Program-made: the position numbers and the translations under genes
Shown: positions 9,795 to 22,127 of the stretch, piece after piece
Layout of the letters: the number at the start of each line of letters is the position of its first letter
Position numbering within the stretch: the first letter of the stretch is position 1
Notes under the pieces: model-generated
Databases searched by the model: none
What the model was told of the DNA's origin: nothing
What the model saw: the letters and a program-made list of their open reading frames with translations, nothing else
NCBI GenBank assembly: GCA_963851465.1
Contig: CAWKPJ010000008.1
Coordinates: 25,579-89,578, forward strand
Length of the DNA stretch: 64,000 nt
Source of the DNA: an uncultured beta proteobacterium
GTDB taxonomy: Bacteria > Pseudomonadota > Gammaproteobacteria > Burkholderiales > Casimicrobiaceae
Reading direction: 5' to 3'

Positions 9795-11336
9795 ATGGCA
9801 TCGATATTCATGGCCGGTCGCTCGCGGCGATCGCGGGCCTTTGCGTTGCTGATGTCCGCCATGCTGATCGCGGGCTGCAGTCGCGAAGCACCGAAGCCCC
9901 CTCCGCCGCAAAAGCCGGAAGTGACGGTGATGACGGTCAAGCCGGAGGACGCGCCCGTCACCGCGATCTACGTCGCGCAGACGCAGAGCTCGCAGGCCGT
10001 CAACATCCAGGCGCGCGTTTCCGGCTTCCTCGACAAGCGCCTGTATACCGAAGGCACGGTCGTCAAGGCCGGGCAGGTGCTGTTCCAGATGGACCAGAAG
10101 CCGTTCCAGGCGCAGGTCGACGCACAGAAAGCCGCACTGCAGCGCAACGTCGCGTCCTTCGACGTCGCGAAGGCGAACCTCGCGCGCGTCCAGCCGCTCG
10201 CCGCGCAGAATGCGCTGTCGCAGAAGGACCTCGACGACGCGAAGGGGCAGTACGAGCAGTCCGCCGCGGCGGTCGAGCAGTCGAAGGCCCAGGTGCTGGA
10301 AGCGCAGCTCAACCTGTCGTACACGACGATACGCTCGCCGGTCGACGGCGTGTCGAGCTTCGCGCAGGTCGCCGACGGCACGTATCTCAACGCGACGAAC
10401 TCGCAATTGACGACGGTCTCGGTGCTGTCGCCGATGTGGATCAACTTCAGCGTGTCCGAGAACGAGTTGCAGCGCGTCCGTGACGACGTCCGCAGCGGCT
10501 TGTTGCGGCTGCCTGAGGGCGGCCGCTTCGTCGTCGAGATCGAGATGGTCGACGGCACGATGTTTCCCTACTCGGGCCGCATCACGTTCGCCGATCCGTC
10601 GTTCAACTCGGCCACCGGAACGTTCCTGCTGCGCGCCACCGTCGACAACCCGGCCGGGCTTGCTGCGCCCGAATCAGTACGTGCGCGCGCGGCTCTCGGG
10701 CGCGATCCGGCCCAACGCGATCGTCGTGCCGCAGCGCGCCGTGCAGCAGGGCGCGAAGGGCCACTTCGTGTGGGTGATCAACAAGGAGAACCAGGCCGAG
10801 CTGCGCCCGGTGGTCGTCGGCGACTGGTATCGCGGCGACGGCTGGATCGTGAGCGAAGGTCTCGCGGCCGGCGACCAGGTCGTCGTCGACGGCGGCGTTG
10901 CGCCTCGCACAGGGCGCGGCGGTCACGTCGAAGCCTTATGTGGCGCCGACGCCCCCACCGCAGGCGCGTACCGCGGCGCCGGCGATGCCGCTCGCACCCG
11001 ATGCAAAGGCCGCACGCGGGATCCTGCCGGCGGCCACCGTGAGATTCGCGCTGGGCTCGGCGACGCTCGACGCCGACGCCGTCAAGGCGGTGCGCCAGGC
11101 ATCGGCGGCGGTGATGGGCATCGGCACCATGATCACCATCACCGGCTTCGCGGACGCGAGCGGCCAGCGCGCCGCCAACGTCGCGCTCGCGAAGCGGCGC
11201 GCCGAGGCCGTGCGCGACGAGTTGACTCGCGTCGGCGTCGATCCTCGGCGCATCCGTCTCCTCGCGCCGGTCGACGTCACCGGCAGCGGCATCGGCCGAC
11301 GAGGCGCGGCGGGTCGACATCGGTCTCGCGCAGTAG
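9795..11336 (+). CDS. RND periplasmic adaptor (MFP) lipoprotein with a C-terminal OmpA-like domain (indels near 10660, 10898 and 11292)
   Basis: LIAGC lipobox, IQARVSGFL, LNLSYTTIRSPVDG, GLAAGDQVVVDG, then a Pro/Ala linker and GFADASG...N.ALAKRRAEAV...DEARRVDIGLAQ*. Confidence 0.75.
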
Positions 11337-11350
11337 CAGCGCGACGCGTC

Positions 11351-14300
11351 ATGTTCTCGCGCTTCTTCATCGAGCGGCCGATCTTCGCGGCGGTCGTCGC
11401 GATCATCATCGCGCTGGCCGGGCTGGCATCGCGATGCTCGTGCTGCCGGTGCAGCAGTACCCGAGCATCACGCCGGTGCAGGTGACGGTTTCGGCGACGT
11501 ATCCGGGCGCCGACGCGAAGACGCTCGCCGACTCGGTCGCCTCGCCGATCGAGCAGCAGATCAACGGCGTCGACAACATGCTCTACATGGTGTCGTCGAG
11601 CTCGTCGACCGGCCAGCTCACGCTCACCGTCTACTTCGCGATCGACACCGATCCCGACATCGCGCAGGTGCAGGTGCAGAACCGCGTCAACCTCGCGGTG
11701 CCGCAGCTGCCGTCGGCCGTCTCGCAGCAGGGCGTGTCGGTGCAGAAGAAGTCGTCGTCGATCATGATGCTGATCGCCGTGTTCGCGAAGGAAGGCCGCT
11801 ACAGCGCCGACTACGTCGCCAACTACTCGAACGTCTACGTGCTGGACGCGCTGAAGCGCGTTCCGGGCGCGGGCCAGGCGCAGGTGCTGGGCGTGCCGGA
11901 CCAGGCGATGCGCATCTGGATGAATCCCGACCGGATGGCGTCGCTCGGCATCACGACGACCGACATCGCGAACGCGGTCAGCTCGCAGAACCAGCTCTTC
12001 GGCGCCGGGCAGATCGGCCAGCAGCCCAACAGCGCGCCGGTCGAGATGACGTTTCCCGTCGTCACGCAGGGCCAGTACACCGAGCCGCGCCAGTACGAGA
12101 GCATCATCCTGCGCGCGGGCGCAGAACGGCAGCGCGATCGTGCGCCTCGGCGACGTCGCGCGCGCCGAGATCGGCTTGAAGCAGTACATCGTCGACAGCC
12201 GCCTCAACGGCACGCCGGCGACGCTGATCGCCGTCTACCAGCAGCCGGGCTCCAACGGCCTCACCGTATCGAAGGCCGTGCGCGAGACGATGACGCAGAT
12301 GAAGGCGAAGTTCCCCGAGGGGATCGACTACATGATCTCGCTCGACACCAACGACTTCGTCCGGCTGTCGATCAAGGAGGTGATCAAGACGCTGTTCGAG
12401 GCGATCGTGCTCGTCGTGCTGGTCGTCTACCTGTTCCTGCAGAGCCTGCGCACGACGCTGATCTGCAGCGTCGCCATCGTCGTCGCGCTGGTCGCGACCT
12501 TCGCCGGCATGCTGGCGCTGGGCTTCTCGATCAACCTGCTGACGCTGTTCGGGCTGGTGCTCGCCATCGGCATGGTCGTCGACGACGCGATCGTCGTCGT
12601 CGAGAACGTCGAGCGCAACATGGTGCAGCACCACCTGCGACCCGAAGGCGGCGACGATCCGCTCGATGGACGAGATCGCGAGCTCGCTCGTCGCCGTCGT
12701 GCTGGTGATGTGCGTCGGTGTTCATTCCCGCGGCGTTCCTGCCCGGCACCACCGGGCAGCTCTACAAGCAGTTCGCGATCACGATCGTCATCTCGGTGTC
12801 GGTGTCGGGCTTCATCGCGCTGACGCTCACGCCTGCGATGTGCGCGGTGCTGCTGAAGCACAACCCGCCGCCCACGCGCGGCTTCTTCGCCTGGTTCAAC
12901 CGGCAGGTCGACCGCGTGACGCAGGCTTTCGGCCACGCGGTCACGTGGGTGATCGCGCGCATGGCCATCGCGCTCGTGCTGCTCGTCGGCTTCCTGTACG
13001 CGATCTGGCACCTGTTCGACATCCTGCCGACGAGCTTCGTGCCGAACGAGGACCAGGGCTACGCGATGGCGGCGATCATCATGCCGGAAGCGGCGAGCCT
13101 CGACCGCACGCAGGCGGTGGCCGAGCAGGTCGACGCGATCTTCAAGGACATCCCCGGCGTCGCGACGCGAACGATGGTCACCGGCTACAGCCTCATCGAC
13201 AGCGGCTTCAAGACCAACGCCGGCACGTTCTTCGTGACGTTCACCGACTTCGACGAGCGCTACGCGTCGATCGAGAAGTCGAAGACGGAGAACGCGCGCG
13301 CGATACTCGTCAATTTCTTCCAGAAGGCGCAGAAGATCGAGGGCGCCGTCGTCATTCCGATCGCGCCGCCGCCGATTCCCGGCATCGGCCCCACCGGCGG
13401 CTTCGAGTTCTGGGTCCAGGACACGGGCTCCGGCGACCCCGCGCAGCTCGACGACGTCGTGCAGGCGTTCCTCGCGAAAGCGCGCGCGCGGCCGGAGCTG
13501 ATCGGGCTGGCGTCGACCTATCGCGCCAACACGCAGCAGTTGCGCGCCGACGTCGACCGCGAGAAGACCACGCTGCTCGGCATCCCGATCCAGGACGTTT
13601 ACAGCGCGATCCAGGCGCAGTTCGGCTCGCTGCCGGCGTCAGCCAGTTCAATCAATGGAGCCACGTCTGGTGGGTGATCGTGCAGTCCGACGCGCAGTTC
13701 CGCCGCGATCCCGGAGACCTGACGCGCCTCTACACGCGCAACAACCAGAACCAGATGGTGCCGCTGTCGTCGGTCGTCACGACGCGGTGGACAGCCGGTC
13801 CCGACATCCTGCCGCACTTCAACGGTTTCCCGGCAGCGAAGATCATCGGCAACAACGCGCCGGACAGGAGCTCCGGCGAAGCGATCGCCAGCATGGAGGA
13901 GATCGCGAAGGACGTGCTGCCGCCGGGCTACACGTTCGCGTGGTCCGGCCTCGCGTACGAGGAGAAGAAATCGGGCGGGACGTCGTCGATCGCGTTCGTG
14001 TTCGGTCTCATCATCGTGTTCCTCGTGCTCGCGGCGCAGTACGAATCGTGGACGCTGCCCGGCGCGGTGATGACCGCCGTGCCGTTCGGCATTCTCGGCG
14101 CGCTCGTCACCAACTGGGCGCGCGGCCTCACCAACGACGTCTACTTCCAGATCGGCCTGCTGGTGCTGATCGGCCTCGGCGCGAAGAACGCGGTGCTGCG
14201 CGTGTCGGCGGCCGTCGAGTTCCGCAAGGAAGGCAAGTCGATCATGGAAGCGACGATCCTCGCCGGCGAGCAGCGGCTGCGGCCGATCATCATGACGTCG

Positions 14301-14546
14301 CTCGCGTTCGCGATGGGCTGCCTGCCGCTGGCACTCGCGACGGGTGCCGGCGCCAACGCGCGCCACTCGATCGGCACGGGGATCATCGGCGGCATGATCG
14401 GCGAGACGACGCTCGCGATGCTGTACGTGCCGCTGTTCTTCTACCTCTTCGATCGGCTGAAGGAGCGCAACGAGAAGCCGGCGGCGCCCGCGGGCGCAGG
14501 GGTCCCGCCATCGCCGGCCGAGACGCCGCCGGCCAAGGCGGACTGA
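11351..14546 (+). CDS. HAE1-family RND efflux permease 1 (several indels)
   Basis: [63 protein letters not shown]. Confidence 0.9.
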
Positions 14547-14548
14547 CG

Positions 14549-16013
14549 ATGCGCGCGCTCGCCCTCGGCGTCGCGTGCGGCGCCCTTCTCGCGGGCTGCA
14601 TGATGGGCCCGAACTACGAGCGCCCCGCCGTCGACGCGCCGCCGAAGTTCCAGTACGAGATCGCCGAGCGCCGTCGACGCGGGCGACGCGGCCTGGTGGA
14701 AGCAGTTCCAGGACCCGGTGCTCGACGCGTACGTCGCCGAGGCGCTGGCGCATAACGACAACATCCGCATCGCCGTCGCCAACCTGGAGCAGGCGGCCGG
14801 CGTGTTCACGCAGTCGCGCTCACCGCTGTTTCCGCAGGTCGGCTACGGCGGCAGCGCCGCACGCTCGCGCTCCGCGGAGCCGAACTTCCCGCCGGACATC
14901 GCAAGCCTCATTCCCAATCCCGACAGCGCGTACCAGGCCGGCCTGTCGGTGAGCTGGGAGATCGACTTCTGGGGGCGCATCCGGCGGCTCACCGAGGCCG
15001 CGCGTGCGAACGTGCTCGCCACCGACGAGGCGCGCCGCGGCGTGATCCTGTCGCTGGTCGCGGCGGTGACGACGAACTACCTGCAGCTGCGCGGGCTCGA
15101 CGCGCAGCTCGTGATCGCGAAGCAGACGCTCGACACGTACGGCGAATCGCTGAAGCTCTTCAACCTGCAGTTCAAGTACGGCCAGATCTCGCAGATGAAC
15201 GTCGCGCAGGTGCAGTCGCAGTACGAGACGGCCGCCGCGCAGATCCCGCAGATCGAGTCGCAGATCGCGCAGACGCAGACCGCGCTGTCGATCCTGCTCG
15301 GGCGCAATCCCGGACCCATCGAGCGCGGCAAGACGATCGATGAGCTCATGCAGCCGGACGTGCCCGCCGGCGTGCCGTCGGAGCTGCTCGAGCGGCGGCC
15401 GGACTTGAGGCAGGCCGAACAGGTGCTGATCGCCGCCAATGCGCAGATCGGTGCGGCGAAGGCGCTCTACTTCCCGACGATCTCGCTCACCGGCGCATTC
15501 GGCACCGCGAGCAACGACCTGTCGAAGCTGTTCAGCGGTCCCGCGAAGATCTGGAGCTACGCCGGGCAACTTGCGGGACCGATCTTCACCTTCGGCGCGG
15601 TGAGCGGACAAGTCGCGCAGGCCGAGGGCGCGCGCGACGCCGCGCTGTGGAATTACCGGCTGTCGATCCAGAACGCCTTCGGCGACGTCGACAACGCGCT
15701 CATCGCGAGCCAGAAGCTCAAGGACCAGGTTGCCGCGCAGGGGCGGCTTGTCGCGGCGCTGCAGGACTATTCGCGCCTCGCCAAGCTGCAGTACGACGCC
15801 GGGTACGTCCCCTACTCGACCGTGCTCCAGGCGCAGCAGACACTGTTCCCGGCCGAGCTGACGCTCGCAGCCGTGCGCACGTCGCTGCTCGCGTCGTCGG
15901 CGAACATCTACAAGGCGATGGGCGGCGGCTGGGTCGCCACGGCGGACGCAATGAGCGGCAGCGGCGTTCCGCTGCCTTCGGCCGATCCCCTGGCGAAACC
16001 GCCGCTGTTCTGA
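14549..16013 (+). CDS. NodT/OprM-family outer membrane factor lipoprotein 1 (indel near 14670)
   Basis: LAGC lipobox, [32 protein letters not shown]. Confidence 0.9.
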
Positions 16014-16157
16014 GTGCCTCTCGCGCTCGCGCGCTCCCGCCACGGGACGCGCGGTCGGTTCTGTCGACAAACCGTGGCAGGTGCGGTAAAAACCAACGCT
16101 GTCGTCGGCGCCTCCACGACGGTCCATCGCTTCTTCCTGCCCAGGACACCAAGGCCG

Positions 16158-17395
16158 ATGAAACGTATCCCCGGCATGCGCTCGCGCTTCGCTCGCCACC
16201 TCGCCGTGTGCGCAATCGCCGCGGTCGCCGCCGGCTGCTCGAAGGAAGCGCCGCCGCCGCCGCGCCCGCCGCCGGAGGTCACCGTCGTGACGGTCACGCC
16301 GACGACGATCCCGTACACGCCGACGTTCGTCGCGCAGACCGAGAGCTCGCGCCAGGTCAACATCGTCGCGCGCGTGTCCGGGTTTCCTCGACACGCATCG
16401 CGTATCAGGAAGGCGACCTCGTCAAGCAGGGCCAGCTGCATGTTCACAGCTGGACCCGAAGCCGTTCCAGGCGCAGCTCAACGCGGCCAACGGCGAGCTG
16501 CAGTCGCAGCAGGCGCGGCTCGAGACCGCGCAGGTCGACCTTCGACCGCGTGAAGCCGCTCGCCGAGCAGGACGCGCTGTCGCAGTCCGACCTCGACAAG
16601 GCGAAGGGCGAGCTCGACGCCGCGCGCGCCGCGGTGTTCTCCGCGCAGGCCAAGGTCGAGGAGGCGAAGCTCAACCTCGGCTACACGACGATCACGTCGC
16701 CGGTGACCGGGCTCGCGAGCCGCTCGCTGCAGCGCCAGGGCGCCTACGTCAACGCGACGGCGGAGAGCGCCAAGCTCACCTACGTCGCCGCGATCGATCC
16801 GATCTGGGTGAACTTCAGCGTGTCGCAGAACCAGATGGCGAAGCTGGACCGCGGCGCAGGCCAAGGGCGAGATCGTGCCGCCGCCGAACGACAACTTCGA
16901 CGTCGAGATCGTGCTGCCCGGCGGCAACGCGCTATCCGTACACGCGGCAAGATCAGCTTCGCCGACCCGTCGTTCAGCCAGGACACCGGCTCGTTCATGG
17001 TGCGCGCGGTGATTGCCCAATCCGAAGCGGGAGCTGCGGCCGGGCATGTTCGTGACGGCGCACGTCTCGGGCGCGAAGCGGCCCAACGCGATCGTCGTGC
17101 CGCAGCTCGCCGTGCAGCAGGGCAGCAACGGCCACCTGGTCTACGTCGTCAACGACAAGGGCGTCGCCGAGATCCGGCCGGTGATCGTCGGCGACTACTA
17201 CGGCGAGAAGGACATCGTGATCCTGAGCGGCCTGCCAAGGGCGACCGCGTCATCGTCGACGGCGTGCTGAAGGTGGTGCCGGGGCAGCCGGTGACGGTCG
17301 TCGCGCCCGCCGCGACGGCACCGGCCGGCGGTCCGCCGCCGCGCGCGGCGCCGAAGGCGGCGACGCACCAAGCCGCCGACGCCACGAAGAAGTAG
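16158..17395 (+). CDS. RND periplasmic adaptor (MFP) 2 (many indels)
   Basis: AAGC lipobox, VNIVARVSGF, LNLGYTTITSPVTG, LRPGMFV, GDRVIVDG. Confidence 0.82.
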
Positions 17396-17400
17396 CCCCG

Positions 17401-20400
17401 ATGTTCACGCACTTCTTCATCGACCGGCCGATCCTGTCGTCGGTCATCTCGATCCTGTTCGTGCTCGGCGGGCTGGTCGCGATGCGCGTCGCGCCGATCG
17501 AGCAGTATCCCGGAGCTGGCGCCGCCGCAGGTGTCGATCGCCGCGACGCTATCCCGGGCGCCACCGCGGAGGTGATCGCCAACCACGGTCGCCGCGCCGA
17601 TCGAGGCGCAGATCAACGGCGTCGACAACCTGCTCTACTTCTCGTCGACGAGCTCGTCGATCGGGCAACGTCGTCGATCAGCGTCGTGTTCAAGCCGGGC
17701 AGCGACCCCGACATCAACCAGGTCAACGTGCAGAACCGCGTGAGCCAGGCGACTGCCGCAGCTGCCGCAGGTCGGTGACGCAGCAGGGCGTCACGGTCGA
17801 CAAGAAGTCGTCCGGCCATCATGATGGTGCTGTCGATCTATTCGCCCGACGACCGCTACACGCGCGACCTACATCGACAACTACACGAACCTCTACGTCC
17901 TCGACGAGCTGAAGCGCGTGCCCGGGCGCCAACCGCGCGTCGGTGTTCGGCCTGCCCGACATCGCGATGCGCGTCTGGCTGCAGCCCGACCGCATGGCGC
18001 AGCTCGGCATCACGGTGCAGGAGGTGGCCAGCGCGATCCAGAGCCAGAACCAGACGTTCGGCATCGGGCAGATCGGCGGCCAGCCGTCGGTGCCGGGCAC
18101 GCAGCAGACGTTCGTGGTCACCGCGCAGGGCCTGCTCACCAAGCCGGAGGAGTTCGAGGACATCATCGTGCGCGCCGGCGAAGGAGGGCGCGGCGATCGT
18201 GCGCCTCCGCGACATCGGCCGCGTCGAGCTCGACAAGCGCGACTACTCGATCGTCGAGCCGCATGAACGGCAAGACCGCGACCACGATCGGCGATCTACC
18301 AGCAGCCGGGCGCCAACGCGGTGGCGACCGCCGCCGCGGTGCGCAAGCGCATGGAGGAGCTGAAGGCAGCAGTTCCCGACCGGCCTCGACTACCGCGATC
18401 GCGCTCGACACCAGCCTCTTCACGCTGAACTCGATCGACAAGGTGGTGCACACGTTCTTCGAGGCGGTGGTGCTGGTCGTGCTGGTGGTGTTCGTGTTCC
18501 TGCAGTCGCTGCGCGCGACCATCATCCCGATCCTCGCGGTGCCGGTGTCGATCATCGGCACGTTCATCGGCATGCACCTGCTCGGCTTCTCGATCAACAT
18601 GCTGACGCTGTTCGGCATGATCCTGGCGATCGGCCTCGTGGTCGACGACGCGATCGTCGTGGTCGAGAACGTCGAAGCCAACATGGCGAGCAAGGGCCTC
18701 TCGCCGCTCGAGGCGGCGAAGGAGGCGATGACGCAGATCGCCGGCGCGCTGATCTCGATCGTGCTGGTGCTGCGTCGCCGTGTTCCTGCCGGTCGCGTTC
18801 CTGGGCGGCGTCACCGGCAAGCTCTACAAGCAGTTCGCCATCACCATCGCGATCTCGATGGTGATCTCCGGCGATCATGGCGCTCACGCTGTCGCCCGCG
18901 CTGGCGGCGATCATCATCAAGGCGCATCACGGCGAGAAGAACGGCTTCTTCCGCTGGTTCGAGCGCGGCTTCGAGCGGCTGCGCAAGGGCTACGTCGGCG
19001 TGGTCGCGCGCGCGATCCGGGCCTGGCCGATTGCGCTGATCGCGTTCGCGCGGCATCATCGCCGGCATCCTGTTCATGTTCCAGCATCGCTGCCGTCGAG
19101 CTTCGTGCCCGACGAGGACCAGGGCTATTTCTTCGCCGTCGTCATGGCGCCGGACACGGCGAGCCTCGACGTCGTGTCCGGCGATCACGGAGCGCGCGCA
19201 GAAGATCGCGTCGGCGGACCCGGCGGTGCAGGACGTCGCGTCGGTCGCCGGCTACAGCCTGCTCGACGGCCAGCTCCAGAACAACGCCGGCATCATCTTC
19301 GCGTCGCTGAAGCCGTTCGAGGAGCGCACGGACGCGTCGATGCTGTCGTTCGCGGCGCTGAAGCGCCTGAACGCGCAGTTCGCCGAGCATCCAGGAAGGC
19401 GTTCGCCTTCGCGCTCAACCCGCCGTCGATACCCGGGCATGGGCACCACCGGCGGCTTCGAGTTCTACCTGCAGAACCGCGGCTCCGGCGACCCGCGCGC
19501 CACCGGCGCGGCAGTGACGGCGTTCCTCGACAAGGCGCGCGCAGCGGCCCGAGCTGCAGGGCGTGTCGACGACCTTCCGCGCGGCGACGCCAGCAGCTGT
19601 TCGTCGACCTCGACCGCAACAAGGCCGAAGTGCTCGGCGTCCGGTCGCCGACGTGTTCCCGACGATGCAGGCGTTCTTCGGCTCGCAGATCGCCGGCCAG
19701 TTCTCGCAGTTCAGCCGCGTCTGGTGGGTGATCCTGCAGGCGGACGCCGAGCTACCGCATGAAGCCGGAGGATTTCGACAAGGTCTACGTGCGCTCGACG
19801 AGCGGCGCCAACGTGCCGCTGTCCGCGCTGATCACCACGCGCTACGTCGCCTCGCCCAAGCTCGTGACGCGCTTCAACGGCTTTCCCGCCGTGAAGATCA
19901 CCGGCAGCCAGGCGCCGGGCTACAGCTCCGGCCAGGCGCTGACGGCGATGGAGGAGGTCGCGACGCGAAGGCTGCCGGCCGACTTCTCGTACGCCTGGGC
20001 GGGCCAGGCGCTGCAGGAGAAGGAATCGGGCAGCACGTCGTGCTCGGCGTTCATCTTCGGCCTGATCGTCGTGTTCCTGCTGCTCGCGGCGCAGTTCGAG
20101 AAGTGGACGCTGCCGATCGCGGTGGTGCTGACGGTGCCCGATCGCCGTGCTCGGCGCGCTGCTGCTCACCTGGATCGTGGGCCTCGAGAACGACGTCTAC
20201 TTCCAGGTCGGGCTGGTGACGCTGGTCGGCCTGTCGGCGAAGAACGCGATCCTGATCTGCGAGTTCGCGATCGAGCGCGTGCGCGCAGGCATGGCGCCGC
20301 GCGAGGCGGCGATCGAGGCGGCGGGCTTGCGGCTGCGCGCGATCGTCATGACGTCGCTCGCGTTCGGCCTCGGCTGCGTGCCGCTCGCGATCGCCACCGG

Positions 20401-20616
20401 CCCCGGCGCGAACAGCCTGCGCGCGATCGGCACCGGCGTGATCGGCGGCATCATCGCGTCGACTGTGATCGCGGTGATCTTCGCGCCGCTGTTCTTCTGG
20501 CTGCTGGAATCCATGAGCCAGCGCTTCGCGCCGCCGCAAGAGCGCACGGCCGGGCGCCGCCGCGCCGGCCGCCGCGCACGGCGGATGCGCCGGCTCGCGA
20601 GCGCAGGGCCGACTGA
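17401..20616 (+). CDS. HAE1-family RND efflux permease 2 (many indels)
   Basis: [66 protein letters not shown]. Confidence 0.85.
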
Positions 20617-20619
20617 GCG

Positions 20620-22120
20620 ATGCGCGCGCGACTACGCAATCGCCATCGCCGCCAATCGCTGCGCAGCCATGCGCGTCGTCGCGGCTGGCGTGCACCGTCG
20701 GCCCCGACTACGTGAAGCCGCAGGTCGACACGCCGCCCGGCTGGCGCATCGACTACCCGCAGGCAGCCGACGCGGCCAACACGCGCTGGTGGGAGCGCTT
20801 CGGCGATCCGGTGCTGACGGGCTCGTCGACGACGCGCTCCGCGCAGAACCTGCGACCTGATGATCGCCGCGGCACGCGTCGACGCGTTCCTCGGCCAGCT
20901 CGATCGCACGCGCTCGCAGTTCTACCCGCAGGTCGACTACAACGCCGACGCGAGCCGCAACCGCGCATCGCGCGTGGGCACCTCGCCGATTGCCGCCGGA
21001 GGCGGGTCCCTACTACACGCTGTACCAAGGCGCGCTCGGCGCGTCAGTGGCAGCTCGACCTGTTCGGCCGCGTCCGCCGCGCAGTCCGAGGCGGCGCAGG
21101 CGCAGCGTCTACGCGAGCGAGCAGGGCCGGCGCGGCGTCGTGCTGTCGGTGGTCGACGAGCGTCGCGGCGAGCTACATCACGCTGCGCGCACTCGACCGC
21201 CAGCTCGAGATCGCGCGGCAGACGGCGAAGAACTACGCGAATACGCAAGCGATCTTCGAGATGCGCCACAAGGGTGGCGTCGTCTCGAAGCTCGAGCTCG
21301 CGCAGGTCCAGTCGCAATACCAGCAGGCGCTGCGCGGCCATTCCGGCGCTCGAGCAGCAGATCGCCGCGCAGGAGAACCTGATCTCGGTGCTGCTCGGCC
21401 GCAATCCGTACGCCGATTCCGCGCGGCAAGACGCTCGACCGAGCTCGCACAGCCCGGTATTCCCGGCGGGCCTGCCCTCCAGCGCTGCTCGAACGCCGGC
21501 CCGACATCCTGCAGGCCGAGCAGGATGCTGATCGCCGCCAACGCCGACATCGGCGCAGCCAAGGCGCTCTACTACCCGGACATCTCGCTGACGGGTACGC
21601 TCGGCTCGGTGAGCACGGCATTCGGCAACTTCCTGACCGGACCGGCGATCCACGTGGGGGATCCGTCGCGCGGGCTCGCCGGCCCGATCTTCAACGCCGG
21701 CGCCATCGCGGGTCAGGTGCGCAGCGCCGAGGCCGGCCAGCGCGAAGCGCTCGCCCTCTACCAGCGGACGATCCTGATCGCGTTCCGCGAAACCAACGAC
21801 GCGCTGGTCGGCGTGGTCAAGAAACGCGAGGAGACGGTGGCGCAGGACGCGCGCGTCGTCGTCGCTGCGCGAATATGCGCGGCTGTCGCGGCTCAAGCTT
21901 CAACAACGGCTACGCGAGCTACCTCGAAGTGCTGTACGCGGAGAACGAGCTGTTCGCGGCGGAGCTCGCTGCCGTCCGCTCGCATGCCGACACGTACATC
22001 CAGCAGGTCGACGTCTACAAGGCAATGGGCGGCGGCTGGATCGACATTGCCGACGCACTGACGCCCGCCGCCGCGGCGACGCCGCTTCCAAAGCGGGTCG
22101 CGGACCAGCCGATGTTCTGA
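20620..22120 (+). CDS. NodT/OprM-family outer membrane factor 2 (many indels)
   Basis: [40 protein letters not shown]. Confidence 0.82.
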
Positions 22121-22127
22121 CGCGACG

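Noticed and set aside
16158-22120. Pseudogenisation or programmed frameshifting of the second RND system (also phaAB, puuD, guaD)
   Set aside because: The breaks are mostly single extra bases in patches that span unrelated genes, motifs are intact between them, and no slippery sites are evident. This fits low-coverage long-read error; read polishing would settle it.
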